Source of the DNA: Psychrobacter sp. HD31
GTDB taxonomy: Bacteria; Pseudomonadota; Gammaproteobacteria; Pseudomonadales; Moraxellaceae
Direction: 5' to 3'
Length of the DNA: 32,000 nucleotides
Assembly (NCBI RefSeq): GCF_051097895.1
Contig: NZ_CP142525.1
Coordinates: 1,770,001 to 1,802,000, forward strand
In this document: piece after piece, positions 1 through 8,642 of the stretch
How the letters are laid out: each line of letters begins with the position of its first letter
Position numbering within the stretch: the stretch's first letter is position 1
The notes under the pieces: model-generated
Seen by the model: the letters and a program-made list of their open reading frames with translations, nothing else
Told to the model about the DNA's origin: nothing
The model's database searches: none
Translations under genes and position numbers: made by a program

Positions 1-67
1 GTGGTGAGGTGATTTCACTGCAGCCTAAATGATTTTTAGAGGATAGTATAGTTTGATAGTATTATTT

Positions 68-889
68 TTATAACGATGATTTGTTTAATAACCGGTTAAA
101 TTGCCCTTTAAAACTTTCTTTTCTTCCTTTAGTTTGTAAATCTTCATAACGGCTTTGACTGAGTTGTAAAAATTCTGTTTCTTTATCAATGCCAATAAAA
201 CGTCTACCTAGTACATGACTGGCTATACCTGTGGTGGATGATCCAGTGAAAGGGTCTAAAACCAAAGCATTTTCTTCGGTAGAGGCGAGTATCATTTGAG
301 CAAGCAATGCAAGTGGTTTTTGCGTGGGGTGTTTACCGCAGGTTTTTTCCCATTTTGCCACTGCTGGTATTTTCCATACATCTTTCATCTGTTTATCGGC
401 ATTGAGTTTTTTCATTAGGTCATAGTTAAAATAATGCGGAACTTTTGGATGCTTTCTTGCCCAAATAACAAACTCAGTTGAATGAGTAAAATATCGGCAG
501 GAAAAATTAGGCGGTGGATTGGTCTTTTCCCATGTAATGACGTTCAAAATCTTAAACCCCAGTTGTGGCAAAATCCGCCCCAAGGTAAAAATATTATGGT
601 GCGTGCCACTTATCCAAATCGTTCCATTATCCGCCAGTTTCTCACGCACGGCAGTCAGCCAATCGTAGGTAAATATATAGATTTTATTATCATCAGTAAA
701 CTTATCCCATTTACCTTTATTGACCGACTGTACCTTACCATTTTTTACGGTTAAGCCGTCATTTGACAAGAAATAAGGGGGATCGGCAAATACCATATCA
801 ATCGGCTTATCAATTAGTTTGTAAATCTGTTCGATACAATCGCCTTGCAGTAGGGTAAAATCTTGGTTCGGGCTTTGAAAAAATGTCAT
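68..889 (-). CDS. Beta-class N6-adenine DNA methyltransferase, DpnA / M.MboIC-like (second methylase of a GATC R-M system)
   Basis: 273-aa ORF. Motif IV DPPY (MVFADPPYFLSNDG) lies N-terminal to the AdoMet motif FxGxG (LDPFTGSSTTG), which is the beta-class order. Blocks CRYFTHSTE, GKHPTQKP and GRRFIGID are colinear with DpnA/M.MboIC as I recall them. It is last in a co-oriented M-R-M cassette. Confidence 0.9.
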   Translation of the reverse strand: MTFFQSPNQDFTLLQGDCIEQIYKLIDKPIDMVFADPPYFLSNDGLTVKNGKVQSVNKGKWDKFTDDNKIYIFTYDWLTAVREKLADNGTIWISGTHHNIFTLGRILPQLGFKILNVITWEKTNPPPNFSCRYFTHSTEFVIWARKHPKVPHYFNYDLMKKLNADKQMKDVWKIPAVAKWEKTCGKHPTQKPLALLAQMILASTEENALVLDPFTGSSTTGIASHVLGRRFIGIDKETEFLQLSQSRYEDLQTKGRKESFKGQFNRLLNKSSL

Positions 890-1057
890 TATGTGTCCCT
901 TAAAACATATTTTTGCATATCTGTTTTTGTTTCTTCTCGTGAGTCATAAGTCATGATTTTTTCAAAAAACCAAAATATAGAGACACATTCGAATACATGA
1001 ATAATAATGGGACTTGTTACCTTTTTATGGTCGATGAATTGCTAGGATATTTAGGGT

Positions 1058-1942
1058 TTATTTGATAATTTTCCTAAAATACCCACCCTTCAACATCTCA
1101 ATATTCAATAAAATATTACCACGCTCAAAATAATCTTGTAATGGATTTTGCGTGGTAAGCCACCCTTTGCCATCGGTAACCCAAATAAATTCAATCTCTT
1201 GCTCTTTCCAAAATCTGCTCATTTCAATGTATTCTGTTGCGGTTGATTTTAGCTTAGAACCACCTCCATTATAAAAGTTACATTCAATAAAATATAACTT
1301 ATCCGTATTGTCTTTAATCACAAAATCAATAATCCGTGATGACTTATCGACATTGATTTCAATATTCCAGTTTTCTTTAATTTTTTTCGCATTGGCTTGT
1401 GGTAAGTATTGCAAGTTCTGCTCATGGCAAAACTTCGCCACAAAAGATTCCACAAGATTTTCCATCTGTGTACCACCACGGTTTTTGCGACCATTAGAAT
1501 CCAAACCGACTTCTACACCCATGCAATAATCAGGAATACTTTTTATTTGCTTGTTTTGAATTAACTCGCCCAATCCACTTTTCATGACAAATTCTACGAG
1601 TTTGTGAACGTTATCATCAGTTAATTCTTTTTGTTTAAAATCAAAATGTTGATAAATAAAATTGGTTTTATCTATCAGAACTTCAATAGACTTATCACGA
1701 ATGGCTAGTAAAGTTGGTATTGCCTTGATGGTTTTTGGATATTCTTTAAAAATATCAAATAAAACGGATTCAAAATCAGCTTTTCCAACTAGGGTATTGA
1801 GTAAATTTAACTCTTTTTCAATCGGTTCAACATTCTTCAATACCTTTTGCCAATTAACAAAGTAATCGTACTGAATAATGCCTTTTTTGTTGATTGTTTC
1901 AATAAGTTTATTAAAATGTTCTGGTTTGTATAGCTCATCCAT
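1058..1942 (-). CDS. Type II restriction endonuclease, DpnII/MboI family (predicted GATC specificity)
   Basis: 294-aa ORF. Blocks GVEVGLDSNGRKNRGGTQMEN, ECNFYNGGGSKLKSTATEY and WVTDGKGW match the DpnII/MboI endonuclease family from memory. Its start lies 2 nt after the stop of the upstream Dam-like methylase. Confidence 0.9.
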   Translation of the reverse strand: MDELYKPEHFNKLIETINKKGIIQYDYFVNWQKVLKNVEPIEKELNLLNTLVGKADFESVLFDIFKEYPKTIKAIPTLLAIRDKSIEVLIDKTNFIYQHFDFKQKELTDDNVHKLVEFVMKSGLGELIQNKQIKSIPDYCMGVEVGLDSNGRKNRGGTQMENLVESFVAKFCHEQNLQYLPQANAKKIKENWNIEINVDKSSRIIDFVIKDNTDKLYFIECNFYNGGGSKLKSTATEYIEMSRFWKEQEIEFIWVTDGKGWLTTQNPLQDYFERGNILLNIEMLKGGYFRKIIK

Positions 1943-1944
1943 GT

Positions 1945-2850
1945 TTAGTTCCTCATTAAAACTTCGCTAATCTGTCCACGCTTAGCACTGTTAGAATTAA
2001 TACTGCGTGCAGCTTTAACTCTTTTAATTTCAAAACCTTGATATAACTCATCAAAAAAATGATTATTCACATCTGTGTTTTTAGGGTCAGAATTACTGGC
2101 TATCCAGTGATAGCCTAGTGCGTCTATTTTTTTGCAGAAATTTGCCAGTTCAACTTGATGGCTGTCGTTAAAATCATTTGTTGCATAAGCGGTAAAGCTT
2201 GCTGTCTCACTAATAGGTTTATACGGCGGATCAAAATAGAAAAGAACAGGCAAATTATCTGTATTGAGTTTTTGTACTTCTTTTAATGTATGCTGATAAT
2301 CGTCATTTAAGATAATCACATTTTGTAATAACTCTGATACTTGATAAATTAATTCTTCAAACACAAAAATAGGGCGTTTATAACTACCGATTGGTACATT
2401 AAATTCATTCTTATTATTTACACGATATAAACCATTAAACCCTGCTCGATTTAAAAACACAAAGAGGCTTGCTTGTTCAATGTTTGATGATTTACGAGTA
2501 TTAAATAAAGCTCTTTTTTCATAGAAATAAGGTTTTTTTGATTCTTTATCGAGTAATTTATCATAATCACTTTGGATTGATTTTAGCTCATCAAGTAAGG
2601 GGCTTGGTTTGTTTTTTATAACTTCATATAAATTAACCAAATCACTATTTATGTCATTAATAATCGCTTTCTTTGGTGGGTTAGGGTTAGTCTGAATGTC
2701 TAATAGATGTAGTGCTACTGAGCCCCCACCAACAAAAGGCTCAACATAAATATATGGCTCTCCATTCTGCACAAATTTTGGTAGTTTTGCAGTAATTTGA
2801 GGTAGTAGTTGTGTTTTACCACCAACCCATTTGATAAGTGGTTTTGCCAT
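1945..2850 (-). CDS. Alpha-class (Dam/DpnM/M.MboIA-like) N6-adenine DNA methyltransferase
   Basis: 301-aa ORF. It carries the Dam-family N-terminus KWVGGKTQLLPQI, the AdoMet motif EPFVGGGS, NGLYRVNNKNEFNVP and motif IV FYFDPPYKP. It is first in the cassette. Confidence 0.9.
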   Translation of the reverse strand: MAKPLIKWVGGKTQLLPQITAKLPKFVQNGEPYIYVEPFVGGGSVALHLLDIQTNPNPPKKAIINDINSDLVNLYEVIKNKPSPLLDELKSIQSDYDKLLDKESKKPYFYEKRALFNTRKSSNIEQASLFVFLNRAGFNGLYRVNNKNEFNVPIGSYKRPIFVFEELIYQVSELLQNVIILNDDYQHTLKEVQKLNTDNLPVLFYFDPPYKPISETASFTAYATNDFNDSHQVELANFCKKIDALGYHWIASNSDPKNTDVNNHFFDELYQGFEIKRVKAARSINSNSAKRGQISEVLMRN

Positions 2851-2951
2851 TTTTAATCCTAATTTCTTATTTAATTAATTGTGATTGAAATTAAATCAAC
2901 TTTCAATTTTATTATATATTAAAGTAATATATATAGTTCTTTTTATAACAG

Positions 2952-3443
2952 TCACTCTACTTTTTTAGCTGGCGTATAGCGCTTATCATTGGCGTTATTA
3001 GCGTTGCCATCACCATCTTTTTGCTCATTTTTTAACGACTTAGCAACCTCTGGTGGCATATAGTTTTCATCATGCTTGGCAAGCACCTCACTTGCAACAA
3101 ATAGTTTATCTTTTAGCATTCCAGTAGCGACCACACCAGAATTTTCGGCAAATAAATCTGGCAAAATGCCCGTATATTGTACTGGCAAACTCTGTTGATA
3201 ATCGGTAATTACAAACTGTACATTTAAAGGGTTAGCTGGATCACGTTTTACACTACCAGCAACCACCACGCCACCTGCCTTAATGCGAGTGTTTTGTGGT
3301 GCTTCGCCAGCACTGATTGCCGTTGGGTCATAATAAAAGTCGGTTTGTTGCCCAATGGCATAAATTACCAAGGAGACGGCAATGATCGCCCCTAAAAGCG
3401 TTGCCATTACCCACATCAATTTTTTTTGTCTAACTGGGTTCAT
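2952..3443 (-). CDS. ccmE: Cytochrome c-type biogenesis heme chaperone CcmE
   Basis: 163 aa with an N-terminal membrane anchor and an OB-fold region. The heme-binding motif [13 protein letters not shown] is present. It overlaps ccmD by 4 nt. Confidence 0.95.
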   Translation of the reverse strand: MNPVRQKKLMWVMATLLGAIIAVSLVIYAIGQQTDFYYDPTAISAGEAPQNTRIKAGGVVVAGSVKRDPANPLNVQFVITDYQQSLPVQYTGILPDLFAENSGVVATGMLKDKLFVASEVLAKHDENYMPPEVAKSLKNEQKDGDGNANNANDKRYTPAKKVE

Positions 3444-3664
3444 ATCTCACTACTTGTTTTATGAGCCATTTTACTTTGGTTACCATGGTTATTTAGTATG
3501 GCTTGGTTAACTGCCAGTTGTTTTAACAGGTTTTTACGCTGGTGGATGGAATAAAATATCAAGCCTGCTATTACGGCAAAAGTAATGCCCCAGCACGCCC
3601 ACACAAATACGCCATGCCTGCCCATGGCAATAAACTCAGCAAAACTATTAAATTGTGGTTGCAT
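3440..3664 (-). CDS. ccmD: Heme exporter protein CcmD
   Basis: 74-aa single-TM protein ([19 protein letters not shown]) located between ccmC and ccmE. Position and sequence are typical of CcmD. Confidence 0.8.
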   Translation of the reverse strand: MQPQFNSFAEFIAMGRHGVFVWACWGITFAVIAGLIFYSIHQRKNLLKQLAVNQAILNNHGNQSKMAHKTSSEI

Positions 3665-3696
3665 ATTAAGCCTCTGCTGTATTTTATGCTTTACTT

Positions 3697-4482
3697 TTAC
3701 TGTTTTGGCTGTGCCAATTGTTGTACCCAGTTTTTACGTTGTTCGGTTTGCAGTATAAAAGTGTTTGTACGGTAAATTGCTAGTGCGGCGACCAAAAAAT
3801 AACCTCCAATTAGCATCAATAACAATGGCATCCACATCTCCGCTGGCATTTTTGGCGCTTTACTTACTGAAAAAGTTACCCCTTGATGCAAGGTGTTCCA
3901 CCATTCTACCGAGTACTTAATAATTGGCAAATTAACCGCACCAATTACAGACAGCAATGCTGCGGCTTTACCACGGTTTGGCGTGTGTTCAAAGGCTGCA
4001 AACATTGCCATCACCCCGGCGTACAAAAATGCCAAAATTAGCATAGAGGTAAGACGGGCATCCCACACCCAGTAAGTTCCCCAGGTTGGTTTCGCCCAAA
4101 TTGAACCGGTCACTAGGCTTAAAACACAACACCAAAAACCGATGGGTGCAATTGCCTTGGCAACTAAATTAGCCGTTTTTATCTTCCAGACTAAAAAAAT
4201 AACACCCAATACCGCCATGGCAAAATAGATTGACATGGCAAGGCTTGCCATTGGCACGTGAATAAAAATAATACGGTAACTGTTGCCTTGCAAGTAATCT
4301 GGCGGTGCAAATATCAGCCCCCACACAGCGCCAATGGTTAAAAAAATACTTGCAAATATTGCCAGCCATTTAACCCAAGGGGCAAAAACATGATAAAAAG
4401 GCTTGGTACCCACAGTGGTTAAAAAAACCTGCCAAAGGTGTTGTAATGTTGAGGGATTAGCGGTGTTTTTTATATTTGGCAT
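3697..4482 (-). CDS. ccmC: Heme exporter protein CcmC
   Basis: 261-aa polytopic membrane protein with the tryptophan-rich WWD signature WGTYWVWDARLTS. It sits in ccm operon context. Confidence 0.93.
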   Translation of the reverse strand: MPNIKNTANPSTLQHLWQVFLTTVGTKPFYHVFAPWVKWLAIFASIFLTIGAVWGLIFAPPDYLQGNSYRIIFIHVPMASLAMSIYFAMAVLGVIFLVWKIKTANLVAKAIAPIGFWCCVLSLVTGSIWAKPTWGTYWVWDARLTSMLILAFLYAGVMAMFAAFEHTPNRGKAAALLSVIGAVNLPIIKYSVEWWNTLHQGVTFSVSKAPKMPAEMWMPLLLMLIGGYFLVAALAIYRTNTFILQTEQRKNWVQQLAQPKQ

Positions 4483-4572
4483 AATATATTGTATTTATTA
4501 TCAATATTTTGCTGGATGATTTAATTACTATTATAACAAAGCTTGTGCTGGTGTAACTAGTATGATTATTGA

Positions 4573-5292
4573 CTAACTTAACCATGCCATTTTTAGAGTA
4601 TATGCCATCACCCAAGGCAATATAAGCACACAAAAAATACTACCTGCCAGCAGTAATGCAAAAATTGGCAAGGCATTTAAACCAGCTGAATATAAGTCGA
4701 TAGAGCCAATGGCAAAAATGAGGACAGGTAACTGCAATGGCAGGGCAATCAGGGGTACTAATACAGCGCCATTTTTAATGGATAACGTTAAGCTACTTGC
4801 CATGGCTGAAAACATTAATAGCATTGGGCTACTGATAATAATAGATAACATGAGTACACCTGCTTGACGCCAATCCAAACCAAAAAAAGGCACAGCCAAT
4901 AAGCTAAGTATGGCGACAATACCTGCACTAAACAGCCAATGGATGGTCAGCCGAGCCAATATCCAAAGCGGTAGAGGGGCTTTTGCCACAATGAGTTGCG
5001 CCAATGTACCATTATCTAGTTCGGGTTTAAATAAGTTTTCTATGCCCATCACTAAAGATAATAAACAAGCTATCCAAATGGCGGGTACACCAAGGCGACT
5101 TAGAAGGTTTGGCTCATTGCCCACGGCTAATGGAAACAAAGTAAGGATGATTAAAAACAATACCAAAGGATACAACCACTGCATTTTGCTTTGTTTTTTT
5201 GCGTGCCACTCTCGTTGCCATAGTGCTTTAAAACTAATGGAATCTGCCGTTGGGGTGAGCCGTGTTTTTGTTGAGGTTGCCATATTTTTCAT
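4573..5292 (-). CDS. ccmB: Heme exporter permease CcmB
   Basis: 239-aa membrane protein colinear with E. coli CcmB (LTLFPLAVG, LLSLVMGIENLF, LPLQLPVLIF). The true start could be an internal Met. Confidence 0.9.
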   Translation of the reverse strand: MKNMATSTKTRLTPTADSISFKALWQREWHAKKQSKMQWLYPLVLFLIILTLFPLAVGNEPNLLSRLGVPAIWIACLLSLVMGIENLFKPELDNGTLAQLIVAKAPLPLWILARLTIHWLFSAGIVAILSLLAVPFFGLDWRQAGVLMLSIIISSPMLLMFSAMASSLTLSIKNGAVLVPLIALPLQLPVLIFAIGSIDLYSAGLNALPIFALLLAGSIFCVLILPWVMAYTLKMAWLS

Positions 5293-5304
5293 GTGTGACC
5301 CCTT

Positions 5305-5949
5305 TTATCCATTTGCCAAATAATAAGACAAATCCAGTACGGTATCTGCTAAATTATGCATACCATCAAGTTGATGGCTAGTCATTAGCACGGCACCGCC
5401 ATTATCGGCAAAAGCCCTAATTTTGTCTTGTAATTTAGTAACCATGGAGGCATCCAGCGCCGTAAAAGGCTCATCTAATAACCAAAGAGGGCTATCATTT
5501 TTTTGCATAAGCCAAAGTCTAGCAAGGTTAACACGTCTGGTTTGCCCAGCAGAAAGTTGACGGCAACTAATGGCTTGATAACCATTTAATCCCACTGTGT
5601 TTAATGCATTTGCTATTTGCGGTGGTGAAGGGTATAGACCATATAGGTTGAGTAAAAATACCAGATTTTGCTGCACGGTTAAATCGGGATGAATACCCAA
5701 TTGATGCGACACGTATAATGGACGGTAACTTAGGCGGTTTGTATCATCTAAATTGGTATTATCTAAAAAAATGGGTAGAATCCCTGCCAGTTGCATAAGT
5801 AGGGTTGTTTTGCCTGCGCCATTTGCGCCCTTTAAATGGCAAATTTCACCAGCTTTTAGAGTAACAGAAACATCTTGGCAAAGGATTAAATCACCACGCT
5901 GTATGTTTACGTTGGTTAATTGTAAGATGGGTGTTTGATGCGTAGTCAT
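5305..5949 (-). CDS. ccmA: Heme ABC exporter ATP-binding protein CcmA
   Basis: Walker A GANGAGKTT, ABC signature LSAGQTRR and Walker B LWLLDEP. I trimmed the ORF-track start (6021) to the ATG at 5949 (MTTHQTPILQL) because the first 24 codons have no ABC homology. Confidence 0.88.
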   Translation of the reverse strand: MTTHQTPILQLTNVNIQRGDLILCQDVSVTLKAGEICHLKGANGAGKTTLLMQLAGILPIFLDNTNLDDTNRLSYRPLYVSHQLGIHPDLTVQQNLVFLLNLYGLYPSPPQIANALNTVGLNGYQAISCRQLSAGQTRRVNLARLWLMQKNDSPLWLLDEPFTALDASMVTKLQDKIRAFADNGGAVLMTSHQLDGMHNLADTVLDLSYYLANG

Positions 5950-6100
5950 GTTAATGATTGTGTAACCTTCAACAACAGCGTTAAATATCTTGTCTATTAT
6001 AGGGCATTCTGTTTGTATCATATACCCTCAAATTTTGTTTATGGATTAAATTACACGCCTTGACTATAATTACTACTCAATTGATAAGTATTATAAAAAA

Positions 6101-7129
6101 ATGACTCAAACTACCAAAAATCAAAATAACCTAAATGCAGATACGGCGTTATTAATTACTCAACTGGTTGATGCGCAGGTTTTGTTTGTACAGCAATGGT
6201 TAAAAGATGAGCAAAATCAGCAGCAACTTTCATTACAGTTTTTAAATTGGCTTGGACAAAAACCCCTGCGCCGATACTTAACCTCTGCACAAGCGAATGA
6301 ATTTGTTAACCAATGGTGGCTGGAATATCCATTAAACCCAGCCATGTTAGAAGATATGCAAGTTGTGCTTGATGTGTTGGTGTATCACCCAGTAAACGCA
6401 CAGACCAAATTAGCCATGTTATTGGATGACAAGCAAGTACACAAACTAACCAACTATATTGCCAGCCACCGTAACCAACGTAATGCGTTGATTCATGCCA
6501 TGCTTGGGCATCAAGCTTTTACCGATATGCTAACCAAAACCTTGTACCATGCCATGGATGACTTTACCGAAACAACCCTAAAAAAAGCGGGCGGTGTGGG
6601 CAAGCTCATGAAAATGGGGCGAGACCAGTTTGAACGAGTGACACGCAATAATTTAGACGAAAAACTACAGGCTTATTTATACAATAACATTAGCAAATTG
6701 ACAAAACGTACTGAGCATATTGCCCAAAATCATTTAACTGATGATGAGGTTGCTCGCTTGTTGCAGGCGGGGTGGCAAAGTATAAAAAATGAGCCAATTA
6801 GTAGCTTGCAAAGTTACCTTACTGACAAAAGTGTTGAACATTTGATAGACAGCCTAAACACCAGTTATGAAGGATTAAGGCAATCAGACTATCTAAAAGT
6901 GCTTATCCAGGTGGCAATAGAGGCTTGGTTTAATAAGCGAGGTAACCATAGCTTAGCTGAGCTTGCCCAGATTTGTCATATAGACCAGCTTGGGTTTCAT
7001 ACAGCGTTGCCAATGCTGCGTCCATTACTAAATGACATTGCAGATAGTGATTGGTTGATTGCAACATTAAAAGAGGTAATTGGTAAATTTTATCAACAGC
7101 AGGGTATACAGCAGTTGTTGGCTAAGTAG
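6101..7129 (+). CDS. Hypothetical protein (predicted all-alpha, soluble)
   Basis: 342-aa ORF with no competing frame, divergent from ccmA. I recognise no motif. Its composition resembles the core genes. Confidence 0.6.
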   Translation: MTQTTKNQNNLNADTALLITQLVDAQVLFVQQWLKDEQNQQQLSLQFLNWLGQKPLRRYLTSAQANEFVNQWWLEYPLNPAMLEDMQVVLDVLVYHPVNAQTKLAMLLDDKQVHKLTNYIASHRNQRNALIHAMLGHQAFTDMLTKTLYHAMDDFTETTLKKAGGVGKLMKMGRDQFERVTRNNLDEKLQAYLYNNISKLTKRTEHIAQNHLTDDEVARLLQAGWQSIKNEPISSLQSYLTDKSVEHLIDSLNTSYEGLRQSDYLKVLIQVAIEAWFNKRGNHSLAELAQICHIDQLGFHTALPMLRPLLNDIADSDWLIATLKEVIGKFYQQQGIQQLLAK

Positions 7130-7210
7130 GGAAAACGGCAAAACTATGCAATAATTTGCCAAACTTATAGAATAACTTTGTTTTATATTATATTTATAAT
7201 TTTTTGGAGA

Positions 7211-8188
7211 ATGTCAGTGTTTAAATGCTTTTTTATGAACAAAAAATGGCTACCATGGTCACTTTTTGGTTCTATCTTAATTTTAGCAGTGACTTGGTAT
7301 CAAGTGAGCTTAGATGTGCAAATCAATGAATGGTATGGTGAGTTTTATGACCTGATCCAAAAAGCATTAACCAAGCCTAATACCATCACGATTGAAGAGT
7401 TTTTTGCCGCTTGCTTAACCTTTTTTAAAATTGCGGGTGTCTATATTGTCGTTATTGTGTTGGTTGATTTTTTTACCAGTCATTATATCTTCCGCTGGCG
7501 GACAGCAATGAATGAATACTATACCCAAAATTGGCACAAACTGCGCCATATTGAAGGTGCATCACAGCGTATTCAAGAAGATACCATGCGTTTTGCTAGA
7601 ATTGTTGAATCGTTGGGTGTTAAGTTTATGCGCTCAGTTATGACACTAATTGCATTTATGCCTATTTTGATTGACCTAGGTAAGCATGTAACCAGCTATC
7701 CATTTTTTGGAGAAGTTAAATATGGGCTGGTGTATCTTGCTATTATGGTATCGCTAGGTGGGACATTGCTTCTTGCTATTATTGGTATTAAATTGCCAGG
7801 ACTTGAGTTTAATAACCAAAAAGTAGAAGCCGCTTATCGTAAAGAGCTTGTTTATGGAGAGGATTATGAAGACAGGGCTGATCCGGTATCCTTAAAAGAG
7901 CTGTTTGCAAACGTGCGTAAAAACTATTTCCGATTGTATTTTAACTATTTATATTTTGACTTGGTTAAATGGTCTTACCTACAAGCAAACGCTTTGGTTG
8001 TCTATGTTGCCTTGGCACCGAGCATTGTGGCAGCGGCAATTACCTTTGGTATTTTACGTCAAATTACCAATGCGTTCCAAAAGGTGGAAGGCTCATTCCA
8101 GTTTTTTGTTTACTCATGGAGTACCGTTGTTGAGCTGTTATCAATCCATAAACGTTTAAAACAGTTTGAGGCAAATCTTAAAGTTTAA
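7211..8188 (+). CDS. sbmA: SbmA/BacA-family peptide (antimicrobial peptide) transporter, short form
   Basis: Long blocks match E. coli SbmA as recalled: EWYGEFYDLIQKAL, FRWRTAMNEYY, HIEGASQRIQEDTMRFA, GIKLPGLEFNNQKVEAAYRKELVYGED and NYFRLYF. The start is moved from the TTG at 7178 to the ATG at 7211 (MSVFKCFF, compare E. coli MFKSFF). Confidence 0.9.
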   Translation: MSVFKCFFMNKKWLPWSLFGSILILAVTWYQVSLDVQINEWYGEFYDLIQKALTKPNTITIEEFFAACLTFFKIAGVYIVVIVLVDFFTSHYIFRWRTAMNEYYTQNWHKLRHIEGASQRIQEDTMRFARIVESLGVKFMRSVMTLIAFMPILIDLGKHVTSYPFFGEVKYGLVYLAIMVSLGGTLLLAIIGIKLPGLEFNNQKVEAAYRKELVYGEDYEDRADPVSLKELFANVRKNYFRLYFNYLYFDLVKWSYLQANALVVYVALAPSIVAAAITFGILRQITNAFQKVEGSFQFFVYSWSTVVELLSIHKRLKQFEANLKV

Positions 8189-8250
8189 AATTCTTAAAAC
8201 TGACAATATATTACAAAGATCACAAAAATTTGTAATATACCAAAAACACT

Positions 8251-8288
8251 AAAACCGCATAATACAAAAGTACCATGCGGTTTTACCG
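8251..8288. terminator. Rho-independent (bidirectional) terminator after sbmA
   Basis: The sequence AAAACCGCAT-(14 nt)-ATGCGGTTTT forms a perfect stem. It is flanked by an A-run on the left and a T-run on the right. Confidence 0.7.
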
Positions 8289-8642
8289 TAAGCTAATCCA
8301 TGCTTAATTTTCGGGTATTACTAAACATCCAATTTAGCAATATAAACTACAAGCAGTGCAAGCACACTTGTAATAATCCTTACCCTATTTCCTTATGTTT
8401 CATCCTTAATTCGGCATCATCCATGGTGTTCAAATCCTTCGAACTATTCCTTTGCCGTGGGGTTATAATCTCAAATTTGTTAACTTATGTAAATGGTCGA
8501 TTTTCTTAACTGTTTGTAAGTAAATGCTTACAATAGTTACATTCATGTCTTGAATGATAACAGACAGAGCATGTTATAGAATTTTTATACAAAGAAAAAA
8601 AGAGGTATAATTGTATAGTTTACTTAAAATAAGGCTAACGAT

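Noticed and set aside
482-754. Antisense ORFs inside well-supported genes. Examples: 482-754, 1308-1529, 1662-1865, 3542-3775, 4910-5323 (137 aa), 9730-10017, 11530-11853, 12727-13011, 24544-24945 (133 aa), 27302-27541 and 31402-31710.
   Set aside because: Each lies entirely within, and opposite to, a gene with strong family motifs. Their products are low-complexity or Cys/Ser/Leu-rich with no recognisable motif or RBS. They are typical shadow ORFs.
5950-6021. N-terminal extensions in the ORF track: ccmA 5950-6021, parC 14322-14372, sbmA 7178-7210 (TTG), fadD 14561-14578 (TTG), tetR 27601-27648 (GTG) and phoB 26181-26195.
   Set aside because: The extensions have no homology to the respective families. 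Some use rare start codons, and the internal ATGs align with family N-termini and/or have better RBS spacing.
8428-8436. GTTCAAATC, a tRNA T-loop-like nonamer, in the same intergenic region.
   Set aside because: The flanking bases (TGGTG / CTTCG) cannot form a T stem, and no acceptor or anticodon arms can be drawn. It is not a tRNA or a recognisable tRNA fragment.
8300-8509. 69-aa ORF in the sbmA-downstream intergenic region.
   Set aside because: It has no Shine-Dalgarno sequence, a low-complexity Asn/Ser/Leu/Cys-rich product and no motif. I treat the region as non-coding; see the small-RNA finding.
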